Of a DNA stretch of 64,000 bases, positions 53,357 through 64,000 are shown one piece after another. Below the pieces are notes generated by a model that was not told where the DNA came from, made no database searches, and saw only the letters and a program-made list of their open reading frames with translations. Within the stretch, counting starts at the first letter, position 1. Every line of letters begins with the position of its first letter. The position numbers and the translations under genes are program-made. Location: contig RHPI01002503.1 of NCBI GenBank assembly GCA_009103225.1, forward strand, positions 1,063,076 to 1,127,075, given 5' to 3'. This stretch comes from Chlorokybus atmophyticus (taxonomy: Eukaryota > Plantae > Mesostigma and Chlorokybus algae).

Positions 53357-53694
53357 TAAGGTATATCAACATGAATGGTACTCCATCCATAAATGGTACT
53401 ACAGTACAAGGATACTGGTATACTACTACGATCGTAGAGTAATACTGTGCTGTCATGCCATGGAACCCAGAGCGCTGTCCGAGTTTGTTGCTGTCAATCA
53501 CGCTCTGAACCTGCAAGGTATGCAAGCCATGCACTGACTCATGCGCCGGGCAGTCGTCATACACATGTACAGCCAATGCTTCTGACTACAGCAGATCTCG
53601 GGTGCACCATGCTGCAACTATGCACGTACATATATGGTTCACAGGAAGCCAACACAAAACAAAAATACATGCATAATTGCCATCATGGCGGGGG

Positions 53695-54693
53695 TCAAAT
53701 CACCGCCGACACATTGGCGTCTTGCAGCAGGCGTGGCGACCAAAACGGGTGAGGTTGCTTGCAGAAGGGACACGCTTGTAAAGTCTTTGATTTATTTGCC
53801 ACGCACTTTTGATGTACTATGATGCAGACATGGCACATCGCTTTCTTGCAACAGGGCGTCTCCCCATCCGTTGGGGGGGGTGGCTCTTCAATGCAACAAA
53901 TCAGCACGCATGGCGCACGCGTGTGTGCAAGCTGCCTCTGCCACCAAACTCTGTTATCGCGTTGCAGGCGCAGCGACTCCCATCTGAATGGCACAGCATA
54001 ACGCTCCACTGCCTGCTCGACCACCTGACGCCCATCTGCCGCTATACAACACCTGCTGGTCTTGGTGGTCTCGTCCAGCATGCGTTCATCCAGGCCCTCG
54101 ACATGGCTATCGTCACTCGTGCAATTGCCCGCATCGCCATCTTCTTCAAGCTTCCACAGAATCAGCTCGACGTGCCGTATGACATACAGCCACTGCCAGC
54201 CAAAGCATGCCAAGTACAGCTCGAATGGTTTTACTTGCCACTTAGTATGTTTGCTCAGATAGTGGCACACATCTCGACTCGCATCAGTCGACATCAACAG
54301 GTACATCTGTTGCAGCAGGTCGAGGTTCTGCTCCACGGATAGCTCTTGCACATTGCCGGGTTGCTGCGGCAGCAACAACACCATCATATCGAGGACCGCA
54401 AGGGGCAACAACGTATTACGGATGGCCATATCGTGTATGGGTTCCAACCACGGCCAATCCCCAGAGGTCTGTTTAGACCGCACTCTCCGCGTTTGCTCCC
54501 ACTTATTGCATACTTTCGTCACCCACCTCGAGGCATGCCGCATGCCGTTATGCAGCGCGTCTTTAGCGTACTGTAGGGTGATCAACTTCTCTGCACTACG
54601 AGTCAGACCCTCAAAGCGTCTGCGCGTCGGTGCTTTGAGCTTGGACAGCTCGTGCCGCACCGGCTGTCTCTCAAGACAATGCTGAGCAGCCAC
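53695..54693 (-). CDS. ORF with C-terminal RING-like zinc finger (possibly one exon of a larger decayed gene)
   Basis: 332-codon open frame ending CVLICC...PCCKKAMCHVC...CPFC. Confidence 0.6.
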   Translation of the reverse strand: MAAQHCLERQPVRHELSKLKAPTRRRFEGLTRSAEKLITLQYAKDALHNGMRHASRWVTKVCNKWEQTRRVRSKQTSGDWPWLEPIHDMAIRNTLLPLAVLDMMVLLLPQQPGNVQELSVEQNLDLLQQMYLLMSTDASRDVCHYLSKHTKWQVKPFELYLACFGWQWLYVIRHVELILWKLEEDGDAGNCTSDDSHVEGLDERMLDETTKTSRCCIAADGRQVVEQAVERYAVPFRWESLRLQRDNRVWWQRQLAHTRAPCVLICCIEEPPPPTDGETPCCKKAMCHVCIIVHQKCVANKSKTLQACPFCKQPHPFWSPRLLQDANVSAVI

Positions 54694-55343
54694 ATGACGC
54701 TGTAAACCCGCATGTGCCTACTTCGGACACACAGTCAGCCCCAGTGAGGCTTCAAGGCACAGTGCTTCTTCTAACATTATAACAATGCCTCACCTTTGCT
54801 TTTTTGTTATTGTTAGCATCCCTTGTTCCAACAACCTTATTCTTTTTTTTTTGCGTCAACTTGCACATCCTGGCAGGCGCTCTCCGTGGCACTGTCACTT
54901 GGAGGAGGTAAGGCGTTATCTTCTTGCTCCACAGCCTTGCGCTTATTGGTTGCCTCCCGTTCCTCCACGACCTCATGTTGCTTCATGAGATCGAGCATAA
55001 AGCCTTTGTCTTTCAGCGCAGCTTTTAGAAAACCCCGATCAATCTCTTCACCAATAAGACAGGCTGGGATAACTGTGGCAAACTTAGAGGGAGAGGGCGA
55101 GCTACAGCTGCTTTTTGATGGAGATACCTTTGGATGGTCAGAATGCGGTGGCGAGTGAGTCTCCGCAGCAGGAAGGGAAGGTGCTGAATTGGTTTTACGA
55201 GCATGTGGCTGTGGTTAAGGGGAGGCAGGATGTGCGGAACAGTCGGCTACTTCTTGCCTAGCACACGATGGCGAGGCCTGAGGCGTTGGCGCAGCACCCT
55301 GGGTCGCAGCCGGTGGTAGCGGGGAATTGGCAATGCCATTTCG

Positions 55344-56718
55344 CTACTCTTTAATCAGGTCTGTTACCGGTGGCACTTCATGCATAAACCACGACCATTG
55401 TTCGGTGCTTGCAGGCTTGAGGAGCTGAAAGTGTGCTTCTGGCTCATCAGAAGCAGTGTTGCCCACCACCAGGGTTGAATTTAGGGCGTCTTTATTTCCA
55501 ACCCAAACTGCGCTGCCGGGCCGTGGCACCCACTCCCCATGCTCGCGCTGAACGGTCACGCAGCCAATCAACAAGCCCAGCTTGTTGGCAAACATGGTCA
55601 TTTGCAGGTGCTCCACGTACACATCTTTTCTCCGTACGATCTGTCGCACCTTGGCCATAGCTATGTCAATGTTGCAATTGATATCAGTTAATATGGTCGC
55701 AAGCAGTGTCGTAATACTGCGCCATCTCTCCCACAGCATCAATGGCTCTGCGGAAGTCTAGGATTCTGCTCGCCACACCTGCATCGACAGCCTTGGCGGT
55801 GATTTTGCGGAGAGTGTCCCCCCTGCTGTCGTCGTCCATGGTGTTCAGCATGGCCCCAAATCTGCTTGAGCTGGGGCACTTGTGATCATCCAGGACACTT
55901 TGCGCTATGGATGGCCTGGCGTGAAACACACAATGATTGAAGCAATTACCATCCCTTGGCGCATTGAAGTGGTCGTATGAGGCGAGCTGGCCACCTAGCA
56001 TGACTGATGGCCGTAGCGGGTTGCGGCCAGCTCCTCTGGTGACTCGCTGGCAAGCGGTGACCCCTGCTGCATGCGCATACAGCACTCAAATGGTGTGTCC
56101 AACTGTCGACGGCAAGAGTCACAGCGACTAATAAAGTACCTGAGCTTGGGGCAGATTGCCGGCTTCAACTTGCAGCGTGTGGGGTAAGGTAGGTGCAGAA
56201 GCCACATCGGTTGTTGCATTGTGCTGTGGTCTCGCCGGTTGCGGCAAGAGGGATTGTTGCCCCGCAATCACCAGTGCTGCTCGTGGAGGAGACGGCAGTG
56301 CATGATGGACTGGTGCCGCGGAAGGTGGATGCGCTCTGGCTACGAGGGGAGCAGATGCGGCAGGAGAGACCACTTGTGCATGCAGCAAGGGGGGCTGTAT
56401 ATAGGACCCAGGATAAGATGGCTCACAATGTTGCAAAGGACGAATAAAAGCTTATGCAGTGTCTGACGCATTGTTACCAAGGCACAAGCATAAAAGACAA
56501 TGACCTACCTCAATGGCCCGTGGGCTCCATGAAGCAGGGGAAGCCATGGGGGCTGACAAAGTGGTATTGGGTGCACTCTCCTCCCCACCCTCAATCGCAG
56601 ACTCGTCACGGAGCTCGTGAGCCATGGGCACAGGATGCGCCATAGCCCCAATGGACATGTCAGGATTCATTAGGCCAACATGCATGTTAAACTGATGCCG
56701 CATTGCCGCCGCGCCCAT
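55344..56718 (-). pseudogene. OTU-like cysteine protease (deubiquitinase) domain with Pro/Ala-rich upstream exons
   Basis: Cys-box APRDGNCFNHCV (~55940), helix YVEHLQMTMFANKLGLLIGCV and His-box EAHFQLL (~55435). The domain is split by a frameshift near 55700-55740. Confidence 0.65.
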
Positions 56719-58114
56719 TCAGCAAGTGGGATTGAAGGACCAGTTGATGGGATTGAATTCAGGCTTGCATAGGAGCTCCAACAGGATCTAGTGCACTGTG
56801 GTGCTGTCAACCAGTCACATGTGGGTTAGCTGCATGCTTGTGACACTGCAATTGCAATAGTCAACTGCGTCACACCGTCATCAGTTGGTTGCTTTGAACA
56901 GTCACCTGCGGCATTGCTGGTTGATGCGTGCATGATTGCATGAACTACGTCATCGCTGGTTGATGCACTACAGGTTGAATGCCGGACGCATGGCCACGCG
57001 CTCCTGTGCTCAACCCAGCCTATTTCGTTCGGCACGCGCGCGCGACTTCGCACGCTCATGCACATCCTAGCATGCAAATGTAGGCATGCATTGGAGGTGC
57101 AAGCGGTCAACATGCACAGCGAGATTGGCAACAACATACCGCCGCCCAGCTCTTTCTATCTGCTCTGGCTTCCGCAATATCAGCTTGACTGTGGGGTGGG
57201 TATGGGTGAATAGTGGAGGCCTGCAGCCACGCTACATGTATCACATGGACTGCGCAAAAAAAACAATGCTCTTGCAAGGAAATGCATGTGATTGTTGAGC
57301 GTACCTCTTCATTCCTTTATGCTTGTTCCCATAGTCGCAATTGGTCCCGCATGGGTTCTGACAAGGGGCTCCAAGGATGGCAGCTCCTGATCCACTCCTT
57401 GTTGCAGAAAGCGAGCCACCAAGCAGCTCTCTGTGTGAAGATGGTCCTTAATGGCTTGCCTGCTGGTTTGTCCAATGTTGGTGATGCATGTTTGACAGCC
57501 CCATTGCTGACGCCTGCCATGATCCATGACGTGGCGCCCGGTATTAGCTGGCTTCGCTGCTTGAACTCTTACGACCAAAACTTCTCGCAAGATGTGACAC
57601 GTTGCCGCCGCCGCCGCCGCCTACTCCTGGTTCTCCGCCTCCTAGTCAAACCCAGGTCCATTATGCCTGACATTCGAGCCGCTATAAACGTGATGCCCCT
57701 GCGTGCCATCATTCGGCCATCAATGAAACTGTTTGGGTGAGTGCACGCTAACTCCCATTAGGGCTGGTCGAGCAATGCCTCTGTCGTACCATGGATGATA
57801 TGTCAGAAGCATAGTACGCTAATGGCTGGGTTGGACGAGAGATGCCTCTGTCGTACCATTAATGTTACGCCCAAGCCATTGTTACCCTTGGTTGTACGAA
57901 GCATGGATGGTACGAATGCATAAGTTGTACCATCAACCATTGGAGAAGGACGCACTACAAGTGCTACTCTAGTGCGGGACACTAGACGTTAAAAAACGCC
58001 TCATTTTCGTTTTCGCGCCTCGTACATTTGGGCGGGCCACCTGGCGGCGGCAGCGTTAGATGCGGCAGCGCCACCATCAGCTAAGCAGGCGGCACCCGAT
58101 TATCACATAGAGAG

Positions 58115-59953
58115 ATGCCTTGTGGTCTATCTGCAGGTGCACCTCGTCGTGGAGGTCGGCGCCATCGGTCCACATTGCCCCCAGTGTTCAACCAGGCAAC
58201 CGTCGCCAACCAGCAGCAGCCATTCTTGGCCAACCAATCGCAGCAAGACCCCGCGCCAATGCCCAGCCCATCGCAACAACTCCACCTGACACCGCAGTCG
58301 CAAGGGCAAGCTAGCATGCATGCGTTCGTAATGCACTGTGCACGTTGCTTCTTGCTCAACTTCAAAGTTTTATAGCTCGCTTCTTTCATGACTGGCACAG
58401 TGACTCACTGCATGCGTTCTGGATACACTGTGCACGTTGTTTTTCTTGCTCAACTGTGAGGGTTGCGCCTTTCATGGCTGGCAGCACGAGTCACGTGGTT
58501 GTGCTTGCAGAGGGTCGATTGGAACCCCCAACCCAAACGCATTTGGCCGTGACGTAGCAACTCCGGCCGTCAGCAACCCTTCCCCAAGCAAGTGGAAGAT
58601 TGGCAACGAGGTAAGCACTGTAAGACAAAATGACACTATGTGTAACGGATTGTTCTTTTGTGGACGGCATTTGCGATGCCGTCGTTGAAATCATAAACGG
58701 CCACTGGGTAGAGAGCCACGTTTATCCCAAAGAGGACACTATTCTGTGCTGTAAATGCTGTGAATGCTGTGAATGCTGCATGACCTCACTGCACCGTGAC
58801 ACTGACCAACCTGCCTGTGACAGGTAGTTAGATTCGACCATGACGACGAGGCCGATGCGGCCAAGTTCTATGAGGTGTATTGGACGCCCAAGGAGTGCCC
58901 CTTCCACTGGAGTGTCGCCTTGAAGAAAGCTACGCAGGTCCGGTCCGAGAATGTCACCAAGATCAAGCATGCTCTTGACAAGGAGTACAGGTGGACACTG
59001 TTTAACAGTAATAAGCGCAAGTGAGTTTGGTCCCTTACCACCATGTCTGCTATGCAACATTGCCTTCCTACTCGACCTCCATACACACGTACGCATCTCG
59101 CCTATTGTAACCGATTCAATCTGGCACATCGATGCCCTAATGGACCCCGAGACCCAAAAAGCCCAGATGCGCAACGCGCTCCAAAGTAAATCACAGGCAC
59201 TATTCTAGCCTATTGCAGGCTCAACCTGAACTATATCTATATCGTGACTCATGCCTTGTTGGTATGACTCTCGCAGACAAGTCATGGCAAAAATTTGAGG
59301 TGACCAACAATGCAGACCCGGAGCGGAGGAGATACATCCATGAATGGGGCAATCTCATAATTTGGCAAATGATCGTGCAATGCTCTTGCGCCGTCACTAC
59401 ACCTGGTCGCCGGCAGCCGACAGTCAACCACCTCGCATACCTGTTGCTTACGGTGAGCACTCTGAACTCAATCACTAGCAATTCAGGAATGCTGTAGCCC
59501 CAAACTACAGGCTTGCAGTCGCGCTGCAGTGAATAGTGGCTTTTAATGCCACTAAGACATGCATGTAAACTACGCAGGTGGAGCGCATTCTAAAGGGCAA
59601 GGATGGAGACCCTCTCATAGCTACCAGCATCGACACACATGAAGAGTACTCCAGCAATCAACACCATGATCATGTCAATGAAGCGGGAGATGAGGCAACG
59701 GTACGCAGCCCTCCACTCATTCACCTTTGTGAAACGCCGCACTGAATCTTGTGTCGAATACCTGAAAGATCCCAATCGCCGGCCGCAAGAGACGGCAGCT
59801 CGTGACCCGCTCGCGGAGGCAGAAGCGGCATTTGATTGGCTTGCGCAACCATTTGAGGAGGAAGAGCAAGCTCCGGCGTCTCCGCTACAGGCCTCAGCGC
59901 GTGGTGCCTTGTTCCATGATGACGAGCAAAGCGATGATGGTGAGGAGCTGTAG
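58115..59953 (+). pseudogene. Uncharacterised multi-exon gene or pseudogene, divergently oriented to the OTU/RING/MTase genes
   Basis: Exon-like segments with GT/AG borders (KWKIGNE|VVRFDHDDEAD..., ...HLAYLLLT|VERILKG...) and an acidic C-terminus ending at 59953. Not all phases could be reconciled. Confidence 0.4.
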
Positions 59954-60359
59954 CGCAGTTGGTAGTCCGTTTACCTGGTAGTGTACACAGCTGCAAGGCT
60001 CTTGTGACTTAGTGTTGTGCAGCTTAAACCAGCTCAGTCAATCGTCATTATGCTCATGCATGTCAATACTTACATCCCTATGATATACAACGGAACTGCA
60101 TGCATTCGAGTCACATAATCGAACTACAAGCCTTGGCAAGTGACTGAGAGACACTGCACACATTTCAGGTACCTGTACACAGCACATGCACAATTCGATG
60201 ATGGCAGCCAGTGACAGTCGCGTGTAGTCATGCTATGCAAATACATATAACGACAGTTAGGCATCAGTCACCTTCAGTTGCTTAAGGAATGCCTTATTTT
60301 ATTGATAATTACCTAGTTGGTGCTTGTGAATTAGGCTCAGTCGCCTGCGCTGGACGGGT

Positions 60360-60570
60360 GTGTAACCTGCAGGTGCCTGTCACATAGGCTGAGTAACCTA
60401 AGTAAGACTGATGTGTAACTTGCAAGTGCCTGCTAATAGGTGTAGTCACCTGTTAATGCCTGATGTGTAACTAACAGGTGCCTGTTAATTAATCATAGTG
60501 ACCTGTTAAGGATTTATAAGTAACTAACAGGTGCTTGTTAATTCAGTATAGTCACCTGTTAAAGACTCAA
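60360..60570. repeat. Four diverged 52-53-bp tandem units
   Basis: Units start at 60360, 60413, 60465 and 60518, sharing GTAAC..CAGGTGCCTG..ACCTGTTAA. Confidence 0.8.
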
Positions 60571-61139
60571 CTGTAACGGAAATTGCCTGATAGTAACGAG
60601 AGTTGTACTCAGGTCCCTGTATCAAGATTATAGGTAGACTGAGCCACGACAGTCTATATTAGTATCTTTAGGGGCACGGCCGTTGCCAATAGTTAGTCGG
60701 CCGGAAGGAGAAACATTTTGCGATGTGCACACAATAACATGTATAATATTTCAACCAACAAACGACCATCACAAATCCCATATTGTACTCCCCTTCAACA
60801 GATAAGAACACCAAGCGACACCATCATCTGCGTGTACATCAGCATGCAGATCCATGTGCACGCCGCCAATGGCAAAAGCCATCAACCTATCTTTGCGGTT
60901 GCACTATTACTTTTGTCATACCACAGCATCGGTGTGCAATTGATCGCACACACAACAGGGGATGCGACATTACACATTGACAATTGAGTTTGTTAGTGTC
61001 TCACAATTAAGGTGCTTTGCGCTACCCCTACTGGTACATACGCATAAGAGATGGTACGCTAGATAAGCTGCATGCAAAGTGTCACACATATCATGGTATG
61101 CATCGTGTCAAGCTCATGCCACACGCAAGCTCACCACCC

Positions 61140-62200
61140 ACACTTCATAAAAGTTAACCACCGGGCTGTCTACCACGCTACCTAGCACACTACCTACCCC
61201 GTTAGCCATAGCAGCATGCATGTCAGTCAATCACTTGCACGGGTGCAGTTCACAGCGTCAGACACGCCGAGTCAAGTGGTTGACATAAGCAGTCAGCAGT
61301 GTGCGCATGCAGCATCCCCGCCCCTCCCTCTCTCCCTCCCATTCTCCCTCTCCTCCGCCACATCTTCCTCTCCGCTGCGCTGTCAGTCGCATGGCGCTGT
61401 AACCCTTGCTGCTGCACACGGAGCAGGGCCCTTCTGCCCCGCCCCTCCTCCCGACCCTCGCACAGGGCCCTTCCCTTCGTCTTCATCGCTCACTGGTCGC
61501 TGTCATTCGCCATGCAAGTGGTAGCAGAGCTGCTGCTGCTGGCCGTTCGGCAGTCTGGTGCTGCTGGCAGTTAGGTGCTGCTGGCGGGGTTGGGTGGTGG
61601 GGTTGGTCTTCTCCGCCGTCCGCACGGGCAGGCTGCCTTACCGTGCACTTGATGCTGTTGCTGCGTCTGCAGTGATGGCGCTGTCGCTGCCACGATGCCT
61701 GCACATCGCTGCGAACACGACCTTGTACAGCAGCTGCGGTGGTGTGCAGTATACGTACGCATTGTTGGTGAGCATCTGGTGGCGTAGCGTCGCCAACAGG
61801 CGCTTCAGCGGGTGTCCATCCGTTTGCATCGCTAGCAGCAATGCCGTCATGGCATCAATGAGATGTGTGCGGTAGGAGCAGATGCGTACAAACCTCGCAT
61901 AATGCGATTCTACTACGCCCAGCGGCAAATTTGACGTTGGCAATGGCGCGGTGCCTTGGTATGGCGCTGTAGGCTGGCAGCTTGTGCTTGCTGTATAGCT
62001 TCACAATGCCCAGCTCAGTTTGGCAGAGCATCAGGTCCAGAAATGGCAGTGTGGTGCTGGCGGCCATTCTAGTGAAAATGAGAATGTCACGTGGGTACAC
62101 ACCTCCCCCCGGCACGTTGGGGGGTGGGTGGGTGGTTGGGTGGTTGGGCTCCCTGTATAGGGCATCCGCAAAACGTGCCAATCCCTGCCTGCCGCTAGTG
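61140..62200 (-). mobile_element. 5'-truncated Penelope-like retroelement: RT C-terminal/thumb fragment plus 3' non-coding region
   Basis: GGVYP..LPFLDLML..KLYSKH (61855-62181), frameshifting into SNLP..GVVESHYARFVRICS..L..GHP (61638-61943). This pattern is typical of PLE RT thumbs. Confidence 0.6.
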
Positions 62201-62713
62201 TAGTCTGATAAGCCTGTCTACATGTCCTGCTTTGCCCATAGCGCATGAAAACACCACTACTCTAGTCCAGTTGTGCTAGCACGTGTGGAGTTATTGTATA
62301 TGGTTGCTTGCTAGTATATCTAGTGTGTTAGATCTGCTTGTGTTCACGGCCCCTCTACGTTACCATGAGCATGTCTGGAATAAATATATGCAGCATCTTG
62401 CACTTACCCCAATCAGGCAGAGTGTGACATAGGTGCCTGTACGGAACTATGACTCCAAGGCCACTCAGTGGTGGTGACTGATGTGTTGCCATATGCAGTG
62501 TACATACAACGCGACCTGTATATGTGTGCCGAGCAGCCAGGCACTAAGCTACTAACAACGCACAATGTGGCGACAATGCACTTGCTATAGAGTTGCTATA
62601 CAGCGTGTTCGAACAACCACGTGCTCCCTATCCCTCTGCGACAATTGCTCGGCTAGAATGGGTGCTGACTAGAATAAAATACAAGCCCTATACATGCTAT
62701 GCAGTGACAGCTG

Positions 62714-63881
62714 CTAGCCTTTTATTAGGCCTCGCAATTCGTACAGCATCTTGACGGCAGACCTGGATTTGGGGCCTTCCCAGACGACCTACAAGCAAAC
62801 AGAGCGTTGTCATAAAGTTGACATGAGCAATACCTCAAGACAGGCACAAACAGTTATACATGCAATTGCATATCCCGCAGGCCTAAGCAACAAGCACCCA
62901 GCACTTGCCTTGCCACATTGGCCGCACACCCAAAACTCATGTACTTTCTCCCTCACGTGCGCAGGCACGAGGTGAGCGATAGACGCAGGCTCGCATCGCT
63001 CAAACAAGGCGGCATTGCAGCTAGCACAGCGACTTAGCAATCGACCGTGCTCGAAGGTGATGCCGAAATGTGTCGCCACCTGGGCCAACTGCAGCACACC
63101 AGCTTATCAGCATGCATGGTGCAGTGTCATCATAAACTCTGGCAACCTGTGGCATCCTATACTGTAGGCACGAGGCAAGTATGTCGCTGTGCGTTATGAG
63201 CCAACACTTCGGCCAGAGAAGGCAGCCAAGGCATGCAAGCAGACAACAGCAGTATGAAGAGATATGGGATGCAGCAGCTAAACCCTATGACCTGCTGGCG
63301 AGGCTCGTCGTAGTCTACATAGAAGATGCTCGCAGCAGTTACGCTTGTGGCATCCGTGCGACAGTCTCGAAGCCGCCTCTCTCGAGTTAGAATGGTGCGT
63401 CGCTGCTCTATAGCTAGCTGAATTAATTGATTGCGGGGCAATGACCCAGCGAATTCCACGTCTACCTGCAACACAACAGACCAGTTGAGCCTCTACACAG
63501 CTGCTCCACTTGATGACATGCATAACCTTCTACCTCACCCAGCTAACATCTTGAAAACGAGGCAAGCTTAGCATACAAACCATGCGCACTCAATATTTCA
63601 AGTCTTGCTTGCATGCATCCAGTGCATGAAGACGCCAGCTAGCACGCACTAGACACACTAGTGCTAGGAATAGACACCTCACCTACAAAACAATGGATGT
63701 GTCGTACCCCAAGACAACGCAGCCAGCGACCCAGGCGTCCAACGCTGCTGTCTGCAATGAACCGCAAAGACGCACGCGATCCACCTGCCCCAGGATCAAG
63801 CATGCCCGCAGTCACTACACCGTACTGCCACGGGCTTACACAGGTAGACTTGAGCAAGTAAGCAACAGGACCCTCCCCCCC
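62714..63881 (-). CDS. Mut7-C RNase (PIN-fold) domain protein, 3' part; 5' end lies beyond the window
   Basis: FIADSSVGRLGRWLRCLG|VDVE..AIEQRRTILTR..|SRCASCN..FWVCGQCGK|VVWEGP, ending at a TAG at 62714. Confidence 0.88.
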
Positions 63882-64000
63882 TATGCAACAACTTCAAGGC
63901 CAGCATTTGCTGCAGAGAATCCTGGCCTTGAAGTACAGGTTTTGTAAATTGGCACCGTCATACAGCCAACCAGCTGTAGACTGGCAGGCATGCTCTCATT

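Noticed and set aside
60360-60570. CRISPR-like array
   Set aside because: Whole units are diverged tandem copies with no constant repeat plus unique spacers, the genome is eukaryotic, and no cas genes are present.
62190-62265. Hammerhead ribozyme near the PLE fragment (CTGATAAG...GAAA)
   Set aside because: The core deviates from CUGANGA, stem II pairing is unconvincing, and it lies on the strand opposite the RT.

Overview
This is a eukaryotic draft-assembly window with spliceosomal introns and five N-gaps, each flanked by G/C runs. A LOV/LOV (LLP) gene and a tRNA with a plant-type upstream region suggest a streptophyte green alga; this is inference and the species cannot be determined. Positions 1-18.5 kb are mobile DNA: a decayed chromovirus (Ty3/Gypsy) beside a cassette holding a PIF1 helicase pseudogene, a GIY-YIG nuclease pseudogene and an intron-containing, CENH3-like histone H3 pseudogene. 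The cassette lies between inverted hairpin repeats and is followed by hairpin arrays, MITEs and microsatellites. Positions 19.5-48.7 kb are mostly ordinary host genes: LLP, an AIPP1-like RRM protein, a CUE protein, a GT29 glycosyltransferase, Fcf2, a ZNF706-like protein, tRNA-Val, FAM136A and membrin. Positions 51.5-61 kb hold a second decayed cassette with OTU protease, RING finger and a Tudor domain fused to a prokaryote/phage-style cytosine-5 methyltransferase. A Penelope-like RT fragment and the 3' part of a Mut7-C RNase gene end the window. All family assignments come from motif recognition by eye; no database searches were run.
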